A DNA stretch of 64,000 bases from Candidatus Latescibacterota bacterium (GTDB lineage: Bacteria; Latescibacterota; UBA2968; SICM01): the NCBI GenBank assembly GCA_965217865.1, contig CBDCJO010000002.1, positions 5,504,001 to 5,568,000 of the forward strand, written 5' to 3'. Positions 51,226 to 60,985 of this stretch are shown piece by piece; the first letter of the stretch is position 1; every line of letters starts with the position of its first letter. The notes under the pieces are model-generated. The model saw nothing but the letters and a program-made list of their open reading frames with translations, ran no database searches and was not told the origin of the DNA. A program made the translations under genes and the position numbers.

Positions 51226-51417
51226 ATGGCATTTAAGTGTGATATTTGTGGGAAAGGTCCGATGACGGGCCATAACGTCAGTCACGCTAAAAATCGAACC
51301 AGACGGCGGTTCCTTCCGAACCTCAAGCGTGTCCGGGTGGTGGTGGAAAAGACCAGAAAAAGGTTGTGGGTCTGCACAAGATGCATCAAGTCTGGACGGA
51401 TCGCCAAGGCGGCGTGA
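51226..51417 (+). CDS. rpmB: 50S ribosomal protein L28
   Basis: [34 protein letters not shown]; TTGCTT-N17-TAAATT promoter upstream. Confidence 0.97.
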   Translation: MAFKCDICGKGPMTGHNVSHAKNRTRRRFLPNLKRVRVVVEKTRKRLWVCTRCIKSGRIAKAA

Positions 51418-51444
51418 ACCGCTTACCCCCGTTGATCCATCCTC

Positions 51445-51474
51445 AAAGCCCACCGGTAGATGGTGGGCTTTTTT
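51445..51474 (+). terminator. rpmB terminator
   Basis: AAAGCCCACC-ggtagat-GGTGGGCTTTTTT. Confidence 0.85.
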
Positions 51475-51611
51475 GTTGGCCGTTTCCCTCAATCTCAAGT
51501 TGACTTTGGGGTCCTTATCCTATATTTTGAAAATGAGCACAATTGGGGATTTGAAAATCCGGACATCCTATTTGAAATCAACAATTCAATCCGAATTTTT
51601 CCAATAATCCT

Positions 51612-52583
51612 ATGGCTTTCCCTAAAATTCGTCTTCGGAGACTTCGGCGTAACGAGACCCTTCGCAGGATGATCCGCGAGAATCATCTCTCTGTGGACGA
51701 CCTGATCATGCCCCTCTTCGTCTGTCCCGGCCAAAGAGTCCGAAATGAGATCGGATCGATGCCTGGGAATTATCAGATGTCGATTGATGTGCTCGTCGAA
51801 GAATGTCGAACCGTAGCAGACCTCGGGATTCCAGCCGTGATCCTGTTCGGAATCCCCGAGCAAAAGGACGAACTCGGTTCGGAGGGCTACACCGAACGTG
51901 GAATCATCCAACAGGCAATTCCGGAGATCAAGGAGAGCGCTCCTGATCTTTGTGTGATCACGGATGTCTGTCTTTGCGAGTATACAAGCCACGGACACTG
52001 CGGAGTCATTAAGTCCGGGGACGTGGACAATGATGCGACTGTGGATCTGCTGGTTAAAGAAGCCGTCTCTCACGCCGCTGCAGGAGCCGACATGGTCGCC
52101 CCTTCTGACATGATGGATGGACGGGTAGGCGCGATCCGTGGCTCCCTTGACAAGGAGGGTTACAGCCACATTCCGGTTATGGCCTATGCGGCGAAGTTCT
52201 GCTCGGGGTTTTACGGACCCTTCAGGGAGGCTGCAGAATCAGCCCCGAAATTCGGGGACCGGAGGTCCTATCAGATGGATCCCGCCAACGGGGACGAAGC
52301 CCTCCGGGAAGTAGCCTTAGATCTGGAGGAAGGCGCCGACATCGTGATGGTAAAGCCCGCTCTTGCCTACCTGGATCTGATTCGCCGGGTCAAGGACCGG
52401 TTTGGCGTCCCTGTTGCGGCCTATAATGTGAGCGGGGAGTTCTCGATGGTCAAAGCTGCGTCCCAGATGGGCTGGATTGACGAAGACCGGATCGTAGACG
52501 AAATCCTCATCTCGATAAAACGCGCCGGGGCGGATCTCATCCTCACCTACTTTGCAAAAGATATCGCAAGGAAAATCGGATAG
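51612..52583 (+). CDS. hemB: Porphobilinogen synthase
   Basis: [36 protein letters not shown]. Confidence 0.97.
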   Translation: MAFPKIRLRRLRRNETLRRMIRENHLSVDDLIMPLFVCPGQRVRNEIGSMPGNYQMSIDVLVEECRTVADLGIPAVILFGIPEQKDELGSEGYTERGIIQQAIPEIKESAPDLCVITDVCLCEYTSHGHCGVIKSGDVDNDATVDLLVKEAVSHAAAGADMVAPSDMMDGRVGAIRGSLDKEGYSHIPVMAYAAKFCSGFYGPFREAAESAPKFGDRRSYQMDPANGDEALREVALDLEEGADIVMVKPALAYLDLIRRVKDRFGVPVAAYNVSGEFSMVKAASQMGWIDEDRIVDEILISIKRAGADLILTYFAKDIARKIG

Positions 52584-52721
52584 AAATCGGGTGTCGCTAA
52601 CGCGGATCAGGGCGCCGCACCCGATCCCTATCCCTTACCCAATGAAACCTAGTCCCGGGATGACGGGCAGTGTGGACCCGATCCCTGAAAACTGGACCCG
52701 CTTTTCAAGGAGGAATTCGAC

Positions 52722-53693
52722 GTGGCCTATGATCTCCAGATCTTTTCGGGCAACATAAACCGGGCTCTTGCAGAGGAGATTTGCACGGTTCTGGAAGTCC
52801 AGATGGGAGAAGCCCTTGTCACCAGTTTTCCGGGCGGAGAGACACGGGTTCAGATCCAGGAAAATGTCCGTGGGAAGGATGTCTTTGTCATCCAGACGAT
52901 CAGCGCCGGGGGGGATGACCTCTCGCCCAACGACGCCCTTATGGAGCTCCTGATTCTGATCGACGCGGCAAGGCGGGCTTCTGCACGTCGAATCACGGCG
53001 GTGCTGCCGTACTACGGCTATGCCAGGCAGGACCGGAAGGCCAGTCCCAGGGTCCCCATCACCGCAAAACTGGTCAGCAACCTCCTTGTGACCGCAGGGG
53101 CTCGGCGCGTCCTTACCCTCGACCTTCACGCGAATCAGATCCAGAGCTTCTTCGACATACCAGTAGACCACCTTTATGCCATCAACGTTTTCGGAGAGTA
53201 CCTGAAAAAGAAAGATGTTAGCAACCTGGTCGTCGTTTCCCCGGACATCGGGCGCACCAAAATGGCCCGGGCTTATTCGGAGCTCCTTCATTCCCCTCTT
53301 GCGGTCGTGGACAAGCGGCGATCCAGCGACCGGGAGACCGAGATCATGAACGTAATCGGCGAGGTGGAGGGGAAAAACGTGGTCATTCTTGACGACCTGA
53401 TCTCCACAGGGGGGTCTATTACACAAGCGGCTGCAACTCTGAAAGAAAAGGGGGCACTCGACATTTGCTCGGCCATCGTTCACCCGGTCCTGGCAGACCC
53501 TGCGGTCGAGCGATTGGAGAAATCGGTAATCTCTGAGCTCGTCGTCTCGAACTCGATTCCAATCCCTGAAAAGGCAAAAAACGGCAAAATAACGGTCCTT
53601 TCAGTGGCGCCTATCCTGGCAGAGGCCATTCGCCGGATCCATAATGACGAATCGGTCAGCACCCTGTTCGCAAACGCCGAGGTTGAGGGATAA
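52722..53693 (+). CDS. prs: Ribose-phosphate pyrophosphokinase
   Basis: PYYGYARQDRK, DLHA.QIQ.FFD, VSPD.G, DDLISTGGS. Confidence 0.97.
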   Translation: MAYDLQIFSGNINRALAEEICTVLEVQMGEALVTSFPGGETRVQIQENVRGKDVFVIQTISAGGDDLSPNDALMELLILIDAARRASARRITAVLPYYGYARQDRKASPRVPITAKLVSNLLVTAGARRVLTLDLHANQIQSFFDIPVDHLYAINVFGEYLKKKDVSNLVVVSPDIGRTKMARAYSELLHSPLAVVDKRRSSDRETEIMNVIGEVEGKNVVILDDLISTGGSITQAAATLKEKGALDICSAIVHPVLADPAVERLEKSVISELVVSNSIPIPEKAKNGKITVLSVAPILAEAIRRIHNDESVSTLFANAEVEG

Positions 53694-53701
53694 TTCCGCG
53701 A

Positions 53702-53781
53702 AATAAAACGGCCGGCCCGCTTGGAGCAGGACCGGCCTGGAGGACGACGCGCATGCCGGCAACGTCGCCTTCATAAAATCG
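53702..53781 (-). ncRNA. Candidate ~80-nt sRNA
   Basis: TTGATC-N17-TAAACT promoter, one hairpin, then terminator-like GGCCGGTCC..GGGCCGGCC-GTTTTAT. Confidence 0.3.
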
Positions 53782-53827
53782 GTTTAAGTTTATTACTATC
53801 AGTTTCTTAGATCAATACCTCTTTGGA

Positions 53828-53959
53828 TAAAAAAAGCGCCTAACCTACCAGGCGCCGAGTTTTCTATTGTCGAAGCTCCACTTTCCATATAGGGAAGTGG
53901 AGACTTCCTGTTGGGCCACCCTACGCAGGTTCAAGGCACTTTTCGGAGAAAAGTCCTCC
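53828..53959 (-). ncRNA. Candidate ~130-nt sRNA
   Basis: TTGACT-N16-TATATT promoter, three hairpins, terminator GCGCCT..AGGCGC followed by a T-run. Confidence 0.4.
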
Positions 53960-54099
53960 TGAGTCAAATATATGGTTTGGGGTGGAAAAGTCAAGGGCAA
54001 AACTCGCCCGGAAGATCCAGGGGGATGGGGCTTCACCCATTCTCACTTCAGCCTCCTCCATCCATGCCCTGACTCCTGTGAACGGACCCCTGATCTTCA

Positions 54100-54501
54100 T
54101 CACGTGTACCCCTCCCGTTTCAGTCGTATGATTTCCCGTCGCTCTTTCTTCGTCATAGGACGGCCGCGTTGAATGGCCTGAGGCTGCAGACTCGATTGTT
54201 CCTTGATCTGCTCTCGCCGTTTCAGGCTCTCTTGGGTTTCCTCGTATAACAGTGTGGCCTGTGCCGCCGGACCCCGTCTTGATGACAGTCCTCGAACCAC
54301 CACCGTATATTCATAGATCCCCAGTCGAATCCGGATTTCATCCCCGATATTTACCTGTTTTCCGGGCTTTGCCCGGTTCTCGTTCAGGCGGATCTTTCCT
54401 CCTGCAATCGCCTCCGCCGACAGAGACCGAGTCTTGAAAAACCGGGCGGCCCACAGCCACTTATCCAGGCGGGTCTTGTTGTCTTCCTGATCTTTCTTCA
54501 T
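54100..54501 (-). CDS. hslR: Heat shock protein 15 (S4 domain)
   Basis: RLDKWLWAARFFKTRS, RRGPA..A..LYEET, GRP.TKKERR. Confidence 0.93.
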   Translation of the reverse strand: MKKDQEDNKTRLDKWLWAARFFKTRSLSAEAIAGGKIRLNENRAKPGKQVNIGDEIRIRLGIYEYTVVVRGLSSRRGPAAQATLLYEETQESLKRREQIKEQSSLQPQAIQRGRPMTKKERREIIRLKREGYT

Positions 54502-54560
54502 GCGCTTTTCGATTTCAAACTGGCGTCAGTTGTCGGCTGTCTGGGTAATTCCCACTTCCT

Positions 54561-55643
54561 TTATCGTTCATCTTTCATTCTTTCGGTCAGCCGCCGGTGT
54601 GCGCTTGAGAAGGCATAATCCCCCAGCGCTTCGGGTTCGATCCAGGCCACCTCCGCACAATTGAGCGGGCGGATCGGGCCGGATTGGAACTTACAGCTGA
54701 ATGGATGGATGGTCAGGCGAAAATGGGTAAATCCGTGATTTATGGACCGCAGGCGTCTCAAGGTCAGGACCTTTGCCCCCACCTCCTCCCTGACACCCCG
54801 GACACAGGCGTCGGCCAGTGTCTCCCCCTTTTCCCGGCGTCCCCCAGGGAGCTCCCAGAGCCCCCCCAGGAGCCCCTCCTCTTGTCTTCTGGCGATCAGA
54901 AATCGCCCATCCTTCCGACGGACCATTCCGACGGCCTCTTCATAGTGGGGACGAGCCCTTTTCCGACTTTTTAAGGGTATCCGTTCCTGAGTCCCCGCAG
55001 CCCGGGCTGAGCAGATCCGGCTCAACGGACAGACCCCACAGGATGGCGCTTTTGGCTTACAAACAAGAGCCCCGAGCTCCATCGCGGCCTGGTTGAAATC
55101 CCTTGCGCGCCCGCGAGGAAGAAGCGATTGAGCAAGATCTGAAATCCGGGTTTTCACCCTGGGCTGGGACACATCGTCTTCGACCCCGAAGACCCGGCAA
55201 AGGACCCTGGTGACGTTTCCGTCAACAGACGCCCAATTCTGATTGAAGGCGATGCTCAGGACCGCCGAAGTCGTGTAGGTGCCAAACCCGGGAAGCCTTG
55301 CCATCGATTCACGACCTTTTGGAATCAACCCGCTAAACTCCGATACGATCGCCTTTGCAGCCTTGTGCAGATTCCGGGCCCTGGCATAATAACCCAGGCC
55401 TTCCCATACCTTCAGAACATCCTGTAACGGAGCCCGTGCAAGGACACCGATGTCAGGAAACGCCTCTAAAAACCTCCGGTAATATGGGATAACCGTATCC
55501 ACCTGGGTCTGCTGGAGCATGAACTCCGAAACCACCACCCTGTAAGGGTTCGGGGAACTCCGCCAGGGCAAGTCCCGGCGATTGCGTTTATACCAGCGCA
55601 GAAGGGGGCCGGGAAAGCGTTTTTTTGAATCGATTACGGGCAA
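54561..55643 (-). CDS. mutY: A/G-specific adenine glycosylase
   Basis: RDLPWR, VSEFMLQQTQV, WEGLGYY.RARNL, VDGNV.RV, FCL cluster, NUDIX-like C-terminus. Confidence 0.95.
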   Translation of the reverse strand: MPVIDSKKRFPGPLLRWYKRNRRDLPWRSSPNPYRVVVSEFMLQQTQVDTVIPYYRRFLEAFPDIGVLARAPLQDVLKVWEGLGYYARARNLHKAAKAIVSEFSGLIPKGRESMARLPGFGTYTTSAVLSIAFNQNWASVDGNVTRVLCRVFGVEDDVSQPRVKTRISDLAQSLLPRGRARDFNQAAMELGALVCKPKAPSCGVCPLSRICSARAAGTQERIPLKSRKRARPHYEEAVGMVRRKDGRFLIARRQEEGLLGGLWELPGGRREKGETLADACVRGVREEVGAKVLTLRRLRSINHGFTHFRLTIHPFSCKFQSGPIRPLNCAEVAWIEPEALGDYAFSSAHRRLTERMKDER

Positions 55644-55763
55644 TGGGTCTCTATGAAAGCAGGTATCGGGGGAGGTTGAAATGAAAAGGTGCAGTGGCAG
55701 GTGGCAGGTGGCAGGTGCAGGAAAAAACACAATTAATAGAGATCAAAAAGCTATCTGCTCCTG

Positions 55764-57836
55764 CTACGCTTCCAACAACGTCTCCAGCTCACCCGCCTCG
55801 GTAACAGGCGCTGAACAGGTGAAATTTTTGCAGACATATGCAGTTGCCCGACCGTCTTTCTGGGTCTTCCCTTCCAGAAGCGGGATGACCTTCGTAACCT
55901 CCTGGGAATCAGCAGGATCACGCAGACATATGACCTTATTGGGAAGGAGACGTCCGTGAACGCTTGAGAGCAGTTCCTTCGTATCCTCCTGATCCCTCCC
56001 CCCCACGATTGCGATCTCCTTCGGCCGCTGGATATAGAGATCGAGAGCACATAACATGTGTGAAAATCCCCCGGGAGCTCCCTCCATGAAATCCCGAAAG
56101 AGATTCAGGACCCTTTCCCCCTTCTTCCAGAGATCCTGGCGTCCCGTCAGAGCCCCCAGCCGCAGGAGCGCGTGCGTGGCCACTGAGTTTCCGGATGGGG
56201 TTGCGTTGTCGTAGGGATTTTTTGACCGGACAAGAAGCGCCTTGTGGTCGTGGCTCGTGAAGAAGAACCCTCCCCCGGGCTCATCCCAGAATTGCTCAAG
56301 CATGACATCATTCAGTTTTTGGGCTTCCTGGAGCCACTTCACCTCGAAGGTGGCCTCGTAAAGGTCGATCAGGCCGCAGATTAAAAACGCGTAGTCCTCC
56401 AGATAACCGTTGAACCGGGCCCGTCCGTCCTTATACGTATGACGGAGCCTTCCATCCTTCATAAGTTTGCTGAGGAGAAACGCCGCAGTCCGTTCTGCCA
56501 CAGTCTGATATCGATTATCGGCCAGAACACCTGAAGCCCTTGCAAGGCTGCTGATCATCAGGCCGTTCCACGAGGTTTGAATCTTATCGTCCAGGCCGGG
56601 CTTCACTCGATTCTCCCGATCCTCAAACAGTTTTCCACGCCCTTCTCGGATGATCTCCTCAAGGGACACCGCCTCCATCTTTAAAAGTCGCGCGATATTT
56701 TCAACGGGCTCTGGGGCATTAAGGATGCTCTTGCTGTCCTCGAAATTTCCGTGGGGAGTGACCTCAAAATACCGGCAGAAGGCGGCCCCTTTCGACTCAC
56801 CCAGAACAGATTCGACCTCATCCGGAGTCCACACGAAGAACCTACCCTCCTCCCCCTCGCTGTCCGCATCCTGAGTGGAGAAAAACCCGCCTTCGGGATG
56901 GGTCATCTCCCGGATCACATATTCCAGCGATTCCTCTACCACCCGCCGGAAGAAGGATTCTCCCGTGGCCTGGTAGACCTCAAGGTATAACTGGGTGAGC
57001 AGGGCGTTATCATACAGCATCTTCTCGAAGTGCGGGACCAGCCACCGAGCATCCACGGAGTAGCGGTGAAATCCACCGCCAAGCTGGTCATAAATCCCCC
57101 CATTGCCCATCTTTCTACAAGAATGGGTCACCATATCCAGTGAATTGGAGACCCCGGTCCGTCGATAATACCGGAGGAAGAAAGCCAGGTTCATACTCCC
57201 CGGAAACTTGGGCGCGGAACCGAACCCCCCGTGCGTGTGGTCAAACTGGCCAGCCAGAGTCCGATATGCCGAGTCGAGCAGTTCGGGACTCAGAACCCCT
57301 CCTTCACGGGAATGTACGGAGGCGGCCTGTTCCAGGTACTCCCGAAGTTTCCTCGACCGATCCTGGACCTCCCCCTTTCTGGAATGATAAAATTGAGAGA
57401 CGGATAGCAGAATATTCCGAAATCCGGGCCTTCCATAACCGTCTTCCGGGGGAAAATAGGTCCCTCCGTAGAACGGTTCCAGATCAGGCGTCAGGAAGAC
57501 TGACATAGGCCATCCCCCGCTTCCTGTCATCGCCTGCACCGCGTGCATATAGATCTCGTCAACGTCGGGCCGCTCCTCCCGATCCACCTTGATGTTCACG
57601 AAATGTTCATTCATCGAGGCAGCGATCGCCTCCTGTTCAAAGGATTCGTGCTCCATTACGTGACACCAGTGGCAGGCCGAGTACCCGACGCTCAAGAAGA
57701 TCGGCTTGTCCTCCTCCCGGGATCGCTGAAACGCATCCTCCCCCCACGGATACCAGTCTACCGGGTTATGGGCGTGCTGAAGAAGGTAGGGGCTTGTTTC
57801 GTCGATGAGACGGTTTGTATGCTTGTGGTCTGACAT
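55764..57836 (-). CDS. Thioredoxin-like / six-hairpin protein (YyaL, DUF255)
   Basis: [40 protein letters not shown]. Confidence 0.92.
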   Translation of the reverse strand: MSDHKHTNRLIDETSPYLLQHAHNPVDWYPWGEDAFQRSREEDKPIFLSVGYSACHWCHVMEHESFEQEAIAASMNEHFVNIKVDREERPDVDEIYMHAVQAMTGSGGWPMSVFLTPDLEPFYGGTYFPPEDGYGRPGFRNILLSVSQFYHSRKGEVQDRSRKLREYLEQAASVHSREGGVLSPELLDSAYRTLAGQFDHTHGGFGSAPKFPGSMNLAFFLRYYRRTGVSNSLDMVTHSCRKMGNGGIYDQLGGGFHRYSVDARWLVPHFEKMLYDNALLTQLYLEVYQATGESFFRRVVEESLEYVIREMTHPEGGFFSTQDADSEGEEGRFFVWTPDEVESVLGESKGAAFCRYFEVTPHGNFEDSKSILNAPEPVENIARLLKMEAVSLEEIIREGRGKLFEDRENRVKPGLDDKIQTSWNGLMISSLARASGVLADNRYQTVAERTAAFLLSKLMKDGRLRHTYKDGRARFNGYLEDYAFLICGLIDLYEATFEVKWLQEAQKLNDVMLEQFWDEPGGGFFFTSHDHKALLVRSKNPYDNATPSGNSVATHALLRLGALTGRQDLWKKGERVLNLFRDFMEGAPGGFSHMLCALDLYIQRPKEIAIVGGRDQEDTKELLSSVHGRLLPNKVICLRDPADSQEVTKVIPLLEGKTQKDGRATAYVCKNFTCSAPVTEAGELETLLEA

Positions 57837-57947
57837 GGTGTGTTCTCCCTTTATGAGAACTGGGAAACCTCAAACGGCATGCGTTAAATGAACAATGCTT
57901 TAGGAAATCGATATCTCGCGCTTAAGAATTTCCCAAATCTCAAGGCC

Positions 57948-58673
57948 TTATGATTGTGTTTTGCAGTTTGCAATTTTCATATTTTTATTATTCTTCCCCC
58001 CTTTCACCGCTTTAACAATCATATGGCTTTTCGATGTTATCGTCCGTCCTCCCTCATCGAAATAACGCATCAGACCCGTCCATCGGCCGTCTTTCTCCCA
58101 CTTTGGCCGAAGTGGACTCTTTGAAAAACAGGTCTCTAACTCCGAAATCGTTGAGAACTGAAGGACCTCTCGATCGATACTCAGGTGCTCGAGGGTAAAT
58201 CCCGTCTTCTTTAAAACCTCACGCATCCGCTCCTGGGAATAAGCAAACCGAGATGCGCGTCCGGTTTCCTGCCACTGAGCTTCCTCCAGGCAGCAGAAGA
58301 TCACGTTGCCTCCGGGATCCAACGCCTCCCACGATCGAATGATCATCGAGTCCGACATACAGAGATTTGCGATCACGGCGTCGATCCGGGACGGGGAAAC
58401 CAGGCTTCGATAATCGGTTATCTCTCCGTCGGCAACACGAAAGGTGACGTTGTCCAAACACCGGTCTTCCACGATTCTGCTTGCCTGTTTGATCCGTTCC
58501 TCGGCCACATCGATGCCCACGATCTTTCCGGCAATCTCAGCGGCCTCAACTGTCAGCGTACCCTCTCCGCATCCCACATCGATAAACAGACGGTTCTTCG
58601 ATCCCGCTTCTCGAATAAGAGATAACAATTTGGGATTCAAAAGGTTGTGGCAGTCGCTGAGATCGCCGGCCAT
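57948..58673 (-). CDS. Class I SAM-dependent methyltransferase
   Basis: IDVGCGEG, VGIDV. Confidence 0.8.
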   Translation of the reverse strand: MAGDLSDCHNLLNPKLLSLIREAGSKNRLFIDVGCGEGTLTVEAAEIAGKIVGIDVAEERIKQASRIVEDRCLDNVTFRVADGEITDYRSLVSPSRIDAVIANLCMSDSMIIRSWEALDPGGNVIFCCLEEAQWQETGRASRFAYSQERMREVLKKTGFTLEHLSIDREVLQFSTISELETCFSKSPLRPKWEKDGRWTGLMRYFDEGGRTITSKSHMIVKAVKGGKNNKNMKIANCKTQS

Positions 58674-58922
58674 ATCCTACCGATGATGAAACGTTCGGAT
58701 CGTGACTTCAGGTGATGAGAATATAGAACAGCGTTCATTCCCGAACAACAAAAAAGCCGATGGGCATCACGGTGAGGAAAAAAATCTGGCTTCCAGGTGT
58801 CATCTTTTTTATCCTCGGTAGGTCCTTGTCCTATCGTCTATAATGATTTGACAAGGTGCCTCATGTTTCGTAAATTGACACAGTTAACGGTTTTTCTCCT
58901 TCCAATTTTTTCCTGCGAACTT

Positions 58923-59369
58923 ATGCCTTCGATAGAAGATATCCTGAAAAATCACGCCTCCAGTCGTGGAACCTTGATCGTGGCGCTCCAGGAGATCCAG
59001 AATTCCCACGGACATATTCCACGGGAAAGAATACCGGAGATCGCAAGCGCTTTCGGTTTAACCGACTCTGAGGTTTTCGGGGTCATCAGTTTCTATACGG
59101 ACCTTCGCTTGGAGAAAAGCGGAGAAACCACAATCCGAATCTGCTGTGGAGACTCCTGTGCAGCGACGGACGGATACAGCATCCTCGGGTCAATCTGCAA
59201 TCATCTTGGGATCTCGAATGACGAAACAACAAAAGACGGAAAAGCGACCCTTCGCATCGCCTACTGCCTGGGTAACTGTGCCCTCTCTCCGTCAATGATG
59301 ATCGGAGAGCGAGTTTATGGACGGCTCAACCCGAAAAAGGCAATTGAGATCGTGAAACATCAAACGTGA
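58923..59369 (+). CDS. fdsG: NAD-dependent formate dehydrogenase gamma subunit (NuoE-like)
   Basis: VFGVISFY, C..DSC, CLGNCALSP [2Fe-2S] ligands. Confidence 0.8.
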   Translation: MPSIEDILKNHASSRGTLIVALQEIQNSHGHIPRERIPEIASAFGLTDSEVFGVISFYTDLRLEKSGETTIRICCGDSCAATDGYSILGSICNHLGISNDETTKDGKATLRIAYCLGNCALSPSMMIGERVYGRLNPKKAIEIVKHQT

Positions 59370-59396
59370 GATGTCAAACAAACCCTTAATTTCGCG

Positions 59397-60950
59397 ATGA
59401 ACATCTTCATATCAACAGATTCATCCAGCGTCGCGGCCGGTTCCCTAGAGGTCCGGGAGGCCCTCCAAACCGAGATCGATCGCCGGGGACTGGACGATTC
59501 GATCATCTCCACGGGAAGCCGGGGAGGTTATTTCCTCGAGCCCATGATCGAACTCGATACGCCACTCGGGCGGCTTGCCTATGTCAATCTAAATGCCGAA
59601 GATGTTCCAGGGCTTGTTGGTCGGGGATTGCTGGAGGGAAAAGATATCGATCCTTTCTACAGGGGTCCGGTGGATAAGATCCCGTTTTTCGAGAGACAAA
59701 CCCGCATCACCTTCGATCGTTGTGGCATTGTCGATCCCTCCTCCCTCGACTCGTGTGTGGAAGCCGGGGCGTATAAGCCGCTGCAAAAAGTCCTGTTTGA
59801 GCTTAAACCGCAACAGGTCATCGATGAAGTAAAGGAGTCAGGCCTGCGCGGCCGGGGAGGTGCGGCATTCCCCACGGGTATAAAATGGCAGACAGCCAAG
59901 GACTTCCCCGCCGATGAAAAATTCATTTTGGCGAACGGAGACGAAGGCGATCCCGGTACATATGCCGACAGGATGATCATGGAAGGAGACCCGCACGCCC
60001 TGATCGAAGGTATGGTCATCGCGGCTTATGCAGTAGGGGCTTCTTCCGGTTATATTTACATAAGGGCGGAGTACCCGGAAGCGATCCGCAGGATGCAGTC
60101 CGCCATGGATCAAGCCAAGGCTTCGGGCTTTCTCGGACCCGATATTCTGGGGAGCGGGTTCGATTACGACATGGAGATCCGGATCGGAGCGGGCGCCTAC
60201 ATCTGCGGCGAGGAGACTGCCATGATCGAAAGTCTCGAGGGAAAACGCGGGATGGTCAGGACCAAGCCCCCCTTCCCGGCCGAGAAAGGCCTGTTCGGTA
60301 AACCCACGATCGTCAACAACGTCGTTACGCTTTCAACGATCCCCCCAATCCTGGACCAAGGGGGGAAGTGGTATTCTTCATTCGGAGTAGGCCGCAGCAA
60401 AGGCACCATCCCGTTACAGCTCGCAGGAAGCCTCCGGACACCCGGTCTAGTGGAAATCCCTTTCGGGTCGACCGTCGGGGATCTCCTGGAGTCTTTCGGG
60501 GGTGGCATGCCCGAAGGCCGAACGTTTAAGGCGTTTCAGGCGGGAGGGCCCCTGGGCGCTATCTTCCCGCCTTCCCTCCGCGACACCATAATCGACTTCG
60601 AGGCATTCTCGGAAGCCGGCGGCCTGATCGGCCACGGGGGCATCGTTGTATTCGACGAGCGGACCGACATGGCCAAAATCGCACACCATTTCGCCCGTTT
60701 CTTCGTCCACGAGTCCTGCGGCGTTTGCACCCCGTGCCGGATCGGAACGAAAAGGGCGGAGGAAATCCTGGAACGCGTCGTCGACGGTGCCTCGGACCGT
60801 TCCGAGCTGGATCTCCTTGAGGACCTGGCCGGTACAATGGCACCGGCAAGCCTCTGCGCTCTGGGACAGATGGCGACAAATCCGATCACCAGCGCCATGA
60901 ACAGTTTCCCTGAAGAGTTCACGAATCGAATAAAACCTGCGACACGTTAA
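59397..60950 (+). CDS. fdsB: NAD-dependent formate dehydrogenase beta subunit (NuoF-like)
   Basis: SGLRGRGGAAFPTG, NGDEGDPGT..DR, GAGAYICGEET, ESCG.CTPCR. Confidence 0.88.
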   Translation: MNIFISTDSSSVAAGSLEVREALQTEIDRRGLDDSIISTGSRGGYFLEPMIELDTPLGRLAYVNLNAEDVPGLVGRGLLEGKDIDPFYRGPVDKIPFFERQTRITFDRCGIVDPSSLDSCVEAGAYKPLQKVLFELKPQQVIDEVKESGLRGRGGAAFPTGIKWQTAKDFPADEKFILANGDEGDPGTYADRMIMEGDPHALIEGMVIAAYAVGASSGYIYIRAEYPEAIRRMQSAMDQAKASGFLGPDILGSGFDYDMEIRIGAGAYICGEETAMIESLEGKRGMVRTKPPFPAEKGLFGKPTIVNNVVTLSTIPPILDQGGKWYSSFGVGRSKGTIPLQLAGSLRTPGLVEIPFGSTVGDLLESFGGGMPEGRTFKAFQAGGPLGAIFPPSLRDTIIDFEAFSEAGGLIGHGGIVVFDERTDMAKIAHHFARFFVHESCGVCTPCRIGTKRAEEILERVVDGASDRSELDLLEDLAGTMAPASLCALGQMATNPITSAMNSFPEEFTNRIKPATR

Positions 60951-60985
60951 CCTTATAAATAATCCTTCCTGAAAAGGAGAGGAAA

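Noticed and set aside
52586-52700. PRPP/ykkC-type riboswitch upstream of prs
   Set aside because: Only a simple ATCGGGTG/CACCCGAT hairpin and a short ACCCGATCCCT repeat; conserved aptamer motifs not found
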